A DNA stretch of 64,000 nt from Haliotis rufescens (lineage: Eukaryota): NCBI RefSeq assembly GCF_023055435.1, contig NW_025963791.1:17794001-17858000 (forward strand), written 5' to 3'. Under the pieces are notes generated by a model. That model saw nothing but the letters and a program-made list of their open reading frames with translations. It searched no databases and had not been told where the DNA came from. Below, one piece after another: positions 45,978 through 56,358 of the stretch. Numbering within the stretch: position 1 is the stretch's first letter; each line of letters begins with the position of its first letter. Both the position numbers and the translations under genes were made by a program.

Positions 45978-48158
45978 ATGCCGGAAACCTACACTTTTTT
46001 TGCTGTGAAGACAATAACCAGCAAAGACTATCCGACCAAACAGACAGGAATATGTACAAGCTGGTATCCGGATATAAGCAGTTATTTCATTGCAATGTTA
46101 GATTTACATGTTAATGCACGAAAGTTACATGACACTTTGGGACGGGATTGGCCCAATATCAAAGCCAACCAAAATCAGTGGGTGATTACAAAACACCATG
46201 GTCTTATTGGTGCAATTTACATGTACCTTATTCATTTCAGTAACAGTGAAATAGTTTGTATATCGTCATATGCCAGAAACCATCCAAAAATATCGACCAA
46301 TGTGATGCTATGTTAATAATATCAGCCAGTGAAAAAGCAAGATTGGGTGTAAATTTATTCTCTGCGAACATGTTTGTGTAAAGTGTTGATACAGATTTGT
46401 TTCGATTGGGAGAAGATCAAGATCATGGGTAGTTTTTATGCTACACCCTGTTGAAAATAAAAGTGTTTTGTATTTGAAATGCATTAATTACCATAATCAT
46501 GCGATATCAAGAACTAAAGCGTCTTCATGAGTATACATCATAATGAGTGGATAGGACTATCTGTACTTAGATTGATACATAATGAATAAAAACGACAAAA
46601 CCCTTTCTATATTCATAAGAAACTTCTGCCAAAAACATCAATACGAGTCCGACAATATCATGAGCATGTGTTTATGAATCACTATCAAAAAGTGATACCA
46701 GTTGCTCGCGAAAAGGTGAGCGTACACAAGGTATATACATGGTATTAATTTTTTTGTTATATGACTTCTTACGGCATCTCGTCTATAGGAACAGGTAAAA
46801 GACATTTCAAACCACGTTAGACATGTACTCTAACAATATATATATACATGTAGGATATTTACATTTCTTTCTCTTCTATAGGTTATGGTAGCAGAGGAAG
46901 CCGAGGTCTGCAAAGAGAAAGTATGTGTCCGCCTCAACAATATTATGATGAAAATGTAAACCGATGTGACTCCTGCGATTCTGTCTGTGTCAATGCAGAA
47001 GGAGAAGTCTGTCGACGTTTATGTCCGGGTAAGTATAATTTAAAACTTGAAGATATTCATTTGTTATCTGCTTTATATCCTGGAAAAGTGTGCAGATGTG
47101 TAAATTTATATATTTATTATAACACTGGGCCTTTGTTTCTTAATAATTATGCACAGGTATTGATGACGGATAATTCATTTACAAACTGAAACGTATGTGT
47201 TTATATAAATGATAAAGTATGCTTGTGTTGTTTTTTTAACAGAATGGCCTGGTATTACCCAAACAACAACATATGGTCAAGATGAATCCACCAAGATGAA
47301 TCTCCATGCTTTATCACTGGCAAATGGTATTCTACCTTGTCGTGAAAAACGACTTAAATGTATATTCATAATATGCTGGATAGAAGAGCATATATGATTT
47401 GTCTATGTACTGGGTACAGAAGTACACCATAAATGTCAGAGACACATATGCCTGTCATCATTAACGCTTTAAGCAAAGACTCTGTGTCACAGATGTACAT
47501 GTGTAATAGATGTAACTATTGTGAATAACAACAATACGTATATCAGTTGGAATAACGGTACCTGTTCCTGTGTTGCAGTGGTCGTCACCTACACGCCCGC
47601 ACCTGTGATTGTACTGGCATGCATTGTAGTAGTAACTGCTGCAGCTGGCTTTTGTGTTTTGATAATTCATCTAACAAGGAGGAAGATGTGTTTCTGGCAG
47701 CCTCAGCAGGCTAAACCAGGTGGGGATGCACATCAATTTAATACACAGATTAACAACCTTGCACTATTACTGAACATTCATGAAATCAATGTACACTATG
47801 TAATTATTAATACACACTAATGCATCCGCAGGGAGGTGTAGTGTATATATCGCATGTCCAATCACCATACATTTAATAGTACAGGTCATAAAGCTTGTTA
47901 ACCCTTAACTATATTGAATGTCAGACTAACCTCATCCAGTAAACAAGCAAAACAAGACACACGGAAACACATTACTTAGAATCAAACACTAACTGATACA
48001 ATAGGCATTAAATTGATACTTAATCCTTTGTCTGCTCCTCAGATCATCTGACTGGCGAAGGGAACCCTCTCACCCAGCCCGAGGATGACCGTCATTGTGA
48101 AAACAACGCAACACAATGCCATGCTGCAGTTATTTCTCAACCAAGCAACGAAATGTAG
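45442..48158 (+). CDS. Receptor gene 9: leader/signal + two CRDs + stalk + TM + tail (closest paralog of gene 7)
   Basis: Exons 45442-45673 (MSESTET...MNCLFRILVTSVLLYQVSGRPVCKEGMYYDSVTNNCDPCSDICEYSEAQKTTVECRTKCP), 46882-47028 (GYGSRGSRGLQRESMCPPQQYYDENVNRCDSCDSVCVNAEGEVCRRLCP), 47243-~47326 (EWPGITQTTTYGQDEST...), 47579-47719 (TM VIVLACIVVVTAAAGFCVLII), 48043-48158 (DHLTGEGNPLTQPEDD...QPSNEM*). Confidence 0.85.
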
Positions 48159-50595
48159 AAATAGATTTAATAAATATATCATAACATATATCATATGCAA
48201 TTTTTCTTCTCAAGCGCAATACACGCATACGACAATTAAATCATACTGCGAAAAATTAAGGTTAAGTAATTTTATTTTCAAATACAGAAACATAAATATG
48301 ATTCTGTATAATATTTTAGCTTGAAAGTAGTTGTTAAGGAGATATTGAGTTACTTCCCTTATTAAGGTCACGTTGCCATGGCAGTGTGTCACATAGGGCG
48401 TGACTTATAATTTTAACCACTATTCTGGCTTTTGTGCATGGTGAAGTCTGATGATCGAGATTGGATGTTCTCTGGCGTTGACGCTTTATATTATCACAAA
48501 TCGATGCATTTTTTTGTGAATATCTAAGGTAGCCTTGTTGAATAATAAAGCGAAACTACGGACCGGAAATTGTCTGCAATTTTCAAACCTGACAACAAAC
48601 AACACATTTGACTTATTTCTACAATGTATCAACATTTTAAAAATAAGCATTGGTTATATTCATTTATGTGTTAAGGCAGCGGGGAACTTTATTTGAATTG
48701 CATTAATTTATGTCAAATTGAAAATCTCGTCATTATGTGACCATTACGTAGTGTGTGCAGAGTATGTTGACGGATTACATAGAGTCTGCACAGGTAGGCA
48801 GTATACATTTTTATTTGATCAAAATATTCGGAGGCTGTAATAGTTTTGCAGCAGATATCTGGACCGTATCAGGGTTAAAATGCATTTATCTCTCTCTATG
48901 CAAATAGTAATTGTTCATATTTTGAGGGTGTTGTTGTCTTGCCTTGACTGAGCTGAGTACACCTCACTGACCTTGACCCACATACGATATGCAACAATAT
49001 GCTGCAAATCTGGCTCGCTCACATGTCCAATCGGTATTATCGTATACTGTTCAAGCGGTGTACAATGCAGTGTGAGAATGTGCGCCTTGTAACGCGTGTA
49101 GTCTATGAAGGCAGGTTAGAATTTCTTAGTATAATTCCGTTATATCGCAGCTATATATCGGCTTCTTTCAAAGTGTCGGACAAACTCTTCAAAGTTGGAA
49201 TTTGAGCATCGATTCACATCGCCAGAGATTCACAATTAAAAAGGTCACACATGAGTGTTGGCCGTCACATATTCAGTTTCGGTGAAACCTCGTCATCTTG
49301 ATATCAGACCATCGGCCCACTTACTTCAGCTTTAGGTTTCATGACGTTACATCGTCTTAAGCATATATCGTGATAAAAGTGTTCGATTTCAGGAGGTATC
49401 ACCAGAGTGTCAATATTCTAGGGCGTTCAATACTTCGATACCTACGTCCAGAATCTTCATAATTATGCACAACATGATACTGAGTTCACATAAGGCGGGC
49501 CTACAATGGATCCTAAATGAATAAAAGTTGAATTAGGAATGCTTTAAAATACGAACGAAAACCTAATACGTAGAAAGCATAATAGAATAGTTTTAGGACA
49601 CAGCGGCCTGCATGTAAGAATACTGTATTCATATTTTAGAATTAACACAATTATTTCTCGTATACCACAATACCACATTGGACGTACCTCCATTTATAGA
49701 CTTTATGAAATTTATCGAATTTGGAAATGGTCTGTTTACTTGTTTTGCAATGATGCATTCGTCAGAGACTGCCAATACAATTGCATGTATCTCAAGCTTT
49801 ATATTCTTAGAAAAAAAGACTTGTCTCAAATGTCCCGTATTCGAGGATGCTGTTACTTTTTAAAAAACGACTGACGTGTTAGAACACATGAGGATTAACT
49901 ACAGTCTCCATATCTCGAAGGATTTACCGGATTTACTGTACATCTGTATTCTTTCCTGAATAGAAAGTCCATGACAAATAACACAACAAGGAGGGATCTG
50001 GTGGTCAAACTCGGTGATGTGGCTGAATGGCCCAGCGACATTTGATCCAGGCTCGATTATAAACAGGCCGTCATGATATAGCTTCAATATTGAATGTGTC
50101 GCAAAACAACACTAAATAATAATCACATGTGTGTATCCATGTGTGTGTGTGTGTGTGTGTGTACGTGTGCGTGTGCGTGTGCGTGTGCGTGTGCGTGTGT
50201 GTTTATATTGTGTTTGCAATAAGATTCATAAAACCTGTTTACTGTATTTTCCCCTTCACTTTATGCATAACTGATATCATTTTAAGTTAATTCCAAGTTA
50301 ATTTTTATCGTTCGGGGAAGGGTGACGGATAGACAAATTACAGAAATGTATGCCCATGTATGTGTACAGAGCATCAACTCTCTTTTAACATTAGAATATG
50401 CGTATTAAATGATGTCATGAATTGTTCTTTTGGAACTGACGGTGTGTATCTCTCACATATGTCCAAGTAAAAATATCGAAAATATCCTATCAACGTTTTG
50501 ATGACTAAGCTTTTCTTAAAAACCGCTTCAATCAACATCCCGTGTGTAGTGATAAACAAGGCATGCCCAGGAGAGGCAATATCATTCTTTACATA

Positions 50596-50686
50596 CAGTA
50601 AACTACGGTTATAACGAACACGCTTATAACGAACTGACGGATATAACGAACTTATTTTTTAGTCCCGACCATTTGCTGTATACATG

Positions 50687-50761
<75 letters not shown>

Positions 50762-50834
50762 CTTATAACGAACTACGGTTATAACGAACTAAAATTGGTG
50801 GTCCCTTTGAGTTCGTTATAACCTTAGTTTACTG
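50596..50834. mobile_element. Tc1/pogo-type MITE with internal (TA)n
   Basis: TIRs cagtaaactacggttataacgaa / ttcgttataaccttagtttactg flanked by TA; internal ttataacgaa repeats. Confidence 0.85.
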
Positions 50835-50950
50835 TAAGTATGCTTTGAAAAAGAAATCGGAGGAAAACAACATGTTTACATTACTTGAGTTTAAGGATAA
50901 AACAAACAAAAAACATTGGACTGCAGCAAGGTGTGACGATTGTATTTTGA

Positions 50951-50995
<45 letters not shown>

Positions 50996-53509
50996 GCTTC
51001 AATCTAATTAATTTAATTTAATTAAGTATATATATATATATATATAGACTTAATTAAATTACGAACATGTAGACATTGTTAATATGAATTATGCTTTGTC
51101 ACGGGGACATAAAATATATGTACTTTATAACCTATTGTGTCATGCTTCCTGGTCACCCTGACCTGAATTTGACTGTACTTTCAGTACCCTGACAACTAAA
51201 GAATGCCCTTCCTGTATGGGAGGGGCAACATTCTTGTATTTGTCGTCTTCCTGAAAAGTCAACTTCCTGAATTCGCAGCCCTTGAATTGAGTTCCAAAAT
51301 GTACCATGACTATTTCCATAGAAGTAAAATTATTTATTTTGTTATACATAACAAGATTTATCATATAATGGGTAGGTTTCTCGGCAGGATAAAGCCAACG
51401 GATAAAAACGATATCCGTTGGGGTCTTATGCGGATAGAGATGCAAATATCAAGGGTCAAGTAGGGACTACTTTCACTGTTTATAAACAAACATGGCGTCG
51501 CCCTTGTCATTCGGCGATCGAGTCAGAATAACCATCGGGAATCTGGATAAACTACAGAGATAATTGCTATCATTATCAAAAGAACAGTCTAATATACTGA
51601 AAATCAGTGTCTAACTGTGACGTAGCGAAGGCATTTCATAAGTTTTTGCAACTTTGGAGAAACAATTTTGCGAGGACACGAGGCCTAGCCAAGCGGGATC
51701 AGTAGCCATATCTGTGCTTGTAGACCTCTGCGGCTTGAAACCTTCTCCACAAATTAAAATAGTTGGATTTGGCCGAAATATGTTTGAATTGTTACCTTGT
51801 TTCGTTTTGTCGCTGTGTGTACATCTGACTACACTGCTTAACGTTATGACAGGACAGACCGACTGTCAATAACGTCTGACTGTGGCCGTGACGTCTCGTA
51901 GACTAGGTTTGGAGTAGCTTCCCTTTGACAAAGGGCAGTTACTCTAGCGGACAGACCGATGGATTGCCGCGAAAGGCAATTAAAAACAATTGTTGTTTTG
52001 CGTATATGTTGCTTCGCCACTGTATAAGAAACAGATTTTAGTTGGAACCATATTGGCTTCTGTCACTGTCCGACTGACACATCACTTACCCTGTGACGTA
52101 ATAAATCGCCAAGGCTCGCTAAATACAATGTTTATTCCTAATGCAGGATATTTACCATCCCCAAACACACTCGCGTGATAACCTCTATTAACCCATAATG
52201 GGCAAAAGTAATCATTTCTCAAAACATAAAATGTAAAACACTTTTGATTTATGATGTATCCAAGAATATTTCCAATGGCTGTTCTGAACAGATTTGCCAA
52301 GAGCTCTTCCATGTCATATTAATCAATAACCACTTCTTAGTTTCGGTATTACAAGTTAGGCAATGTTGTTAAAGATAAAATACTACTTAATGTTCATGGC
52401 AAAGGGCAGTTTTAAACATGAACAGCTCAAGTTCATGCATATATGTGTAAATGATTACATTTTTAATCAGCAATTCTACAGCTATAATTGTCGGTGTCGT
52501 TTGCAACTGGTCTTAACCGAAGGGTGATATTACGAGCTGAGCTGTACATGAACATATGCACGTCCGCATTAAACGCTCTGTCATGCCATGACTCATAAGG
52601 ACAGTATTTGGTTGGAGTTGTGTTTGTCTCGTGGATACTCTCACAACATGCACGTAATTGAGATAATATTTACTGCGTAAGGATGTAAGGGACTTCCTGG
52701 TTCATACAGTCGGAAGTCCATACGGCTGTTTTCTGTTTTCAAAGTAGACGGGGTGGTATAAGTTGATACACAAGTTGTAGTATTTATATATCACGAGTTT
52801 ATATTTGCAAAGGTAACTAATATCTTCTATATTTTAAGTCTTTCGATTTTAACAAGTGTTTTCTTAGTGATGAAATCTATACACACCGCATAGGGAATGC
52901 AAACTTTGATATGTCTGATGCATAGATTACAATAGGTAGTTGTTATACTAGTACCTTGTGATTTTCTGTTATTTATGTAATGGACTCCGTTCCAAATGTG
53001 ACGCATCTATGACACAAATTATGTCCGATGCAATTCCCCATTGGGGCAGGATACGCTTACACCTTCACGAACACTTTGCTTCCTGTTTCTCCTGTCCCTT
53101 TTTCATTAAAGGGGTTATATTCTTACTTTGACAACTCTGTTATAGGTAGCATAATGTAACACATTATTATACGTATTATTTTATCCTACAAATAACTTTT
53201 ATCTTTAAAATATACAAAATTTAATTTCACACAATTCTTTCATGTTCCGACGTGGCCGAGGTTGACTATCGTGCGACCTCAAATAAGACGATGCGTGTTT
53301 CGAGCCCAGCAGTCAACGACACATTTTGAAATGATTTACTTGATTGTCAAACCAAAATATAGTTCCGTCAAGTCGAAGTGTACATTAATACTAATATTGG
53401 CATGAATTGTTGACAACCAATAGTGGACCAACAAATATAATGGAAGTTTAGACAATATAGTGATGTCACAGCTGTGTTTTAAAGTTGATGGGGTGATAGT
53501 CGGCTGATG

Positions 53510-54120
53510 GAATGAATTAAGCCTGGCCTCTGTTGATGGTCGGCTTGAATCTTGCGATGTGGATGACTTTTGATAGTTTTCTGATCATGATAATATTGTT
53601 TTTGAGGTTGGTTTACTGGATCTGTTGGATTGAGTGTTGCTGAATGTGGTCTAAAATGGCCAACTTGTTTGTCGGTTGATATGTGGTGTTCTTCGTTGCG
53701 GATGAAGATGGGTCTGGATGTTTCTCCAAAGTTTCTTTACAGCAGCATTAGATCTTGTAGACAGTGTCTTTTGTGTGGGGTTAGGCTGTTGGTTGAACAT
53801 AAAGGTTTTCCTGCGGGCTGGGTGGTCTTCTCAAGGTTCAAGGTGGCGTTGCTGGCGTTGCTGGCGTAATGTTGGACTCTTATCGCCAATAGATGTTCCT
53901 ACAGTGCGGAGTTCAAGGTTCTGTTGACGAATGTAGCTGGGTTTCCATGATGGTATGTTGTGGATATATGTCTAAGGGTGTCCAAATCGTGTGGGAGAGA
54001 TTCAGATATTCAGAAGATGTTATTTGCTCTTCTGGTGAGGGTGGTAATCGTGGCAATCTTTGTCCGAGGGAGTGCGTTGGTCTGCATGGGTCGATGCCCT
54101 TACTTTAAGATGTTTAACGA
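53510..54120 (-). mobile_element. Decayed Penelope-like retroelement (RT C-terminus + GIY-YIG endonuclease)
   Basis: Minus-strand broken-frame peptides PRTKIATITTLTRRANNI...LDTLRHI...GNPATFVNRTL and DTVYKI*CCCKET/FGETSRPIFIRNEEH (GIY-YIG-like). Confidence 0.65.
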
Positions 54121-55844
54121 CGATTCTTGGTATATTGGTATTGATAATTTAACCTTCATCAGTGTTGCCATCCTTATCATGTTCATACTAGAAGGCAACG
54201 CAAGCTAATAATACATCTATCACACTGGTATCTATAAAAAAAAGTATTACAAAACACTACAAAGTGAACTTGAGCTCTCATCATCGATATCACTCCCATC
54301 ATTCAAGGCACATGTAAAGACCTACCTTTACAAGATGTACTTATTCAGTCTAAATTCAACACCCCCTGCCCCCAGCCACGACTTTTTATTTGCCGTAGCA
54401 TAACCTGCTTCAACGTATGTAACGCCATGAACAGTAACTCGATGAATTGAATCTAGCGCATAATAAATGGACTTATTATCATGATTATTATGATTCACAA
54501 TTGATCATCAACGTCTGACCTAATAATAATAGAAAATCGTCAAATTTAGTGCATAGTAATCACGATTACACATCTGCACAACCTAAGAAATAAACTATTT
54601 AGAAATTGATATCAATATCTGAATGACAATGAGACCTTTTCCATTTGAAGTCTTGCATATTTTGCACTTAAAACAACTCGTGTGTGGCAAGGCTTCAGAA
54701 CTGTAAGAAAACTGCTTTGAGATATGTTCGTTTCTTTTAGTATATGAACATGAGCGATTGTAAATGAATCTTTGACGCATCTTATTTTCATAACGATAAA
54801 GAGTTACTCTTGTAGTTCGACATATCCGACTGTTTCGATTACTTTAGCCATACCTATGCATTTTTTACACCTGGCATGACTAACATCACAATTTCCTTTC
54901 ATGGTGTTTTACCAAATCCGGACGTCATGATTTCAGGCAGTGCGTTGCCACGTGTAGTATATGTAAATTGTGTGGGCGTTACCTTATAAACGAAGTGTTA
55001 AAATATTCTAGGAACAGACATGTTACCATATTGAGTCATGCTCAATGTAAGTTTATAATAAGTTCTTAACGTGTATAGTACAGATGAAAGTGTATCAAAC
55101 ACGATGTTCGTCTTTTAACATATGCTTCATTTGCATGTTTTAGATGGCATGGTTAATAAGAGCATTTATTAGATAAATTAGAGACATACCACTCCAACAA
55201 TTCCGTGCAGGCATGTTAAAGGTAAATCATCATCATGACACCATCTTCGCTACACACTGTTTCTGCCGTGGACATTGGCGTGGGCGAGTCATTCTTTGGG
55301 TGTGCCCAGGCAGGAGCGTTGGAAGGAAACGTGACTTCTCCTTAGCAACGCACATTATGCACCGAGCGGCATCTGTAATTGGTGTTTATAATACATTTCT
55401 TAGTTGCTTTTATAAAAAAATTGACTGGCCGATAGGTAAAGAGTACATATTAGCGCCAATTTAACAATGCTAAAATAATTGTAATTGAGTGAGTGAATAT
55501 GTCTTTTACACGATCTTCAGCAATATACTAGATTCCCGTTCCACAAAACAACCTAAGCTATGGTTAACCTTAGAGTGAAGTTACGCCCGTTTCGCTCTGT
55601 AACCTTATCTCCATCCTAATTTCGACTTGCCAACCTTAGTTAGGCTATATGACATCGTCCGCTGAAATCATTACTCGACATATTATCAAATACACGACAG
55701 TTTAGGATGCCCATTTCTCGTATAATTTGTGTGTGCCAATGTTTCAAAATCGTCAAATGTAATTTCTAAACATGAACGGTTACGAAACTATCCCTATCTT
55801 CCGCCACATTGAACCTACCTACGTGTTGCTTGATATCAATGTTT

Positions 55845-56358
55845 ATCACGGTTGTCTTCACACCATATCACGGTGAGCTTTACTCTACATCACGGCGGTC
55901 TTCACACTATATCACGGCGGTCTTCACACAATATCACGGCGGTCTTCACACCATGTCACGGTAAGCTTTACTCTACATCATGGCGGTCTTCACACTATAT
56001 CACGGCGGTCTTCACACAATATCACGGCGGTCTTCACACCATATCACGGTGGGCTTAACTCTACATCACGGCGGTCTTCACACTATATCACGGCGGTCTT
56101 CACACCATATCACGGTGAGCTTCACTCTACATCATGGTGGGCTTCACACAATATCACGGTGGGCTTCACACAATATCACGGTGGACTTCAAACAATATCA
56201 CAGTGAGCTTCACTCTACATCATGGTGGGCTTCACACAAATTCACGGTGGGCTTGAAACAATATCATGGCGCTCTTCGCACCACATCAGAGCGGTCTTCA
56301 CGCCATATTACGGCGGTCTTCACACAAATTCACGGTGGGCTTCAGACCATATCATGGC
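55845..56358. repeat. 22-bp minisatellite with variant units
   Basis: About 23 units of atcacggcggtcttcacacaat, with a recurring variant atcacggtgagctttactctac. Confidence 0.9.
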
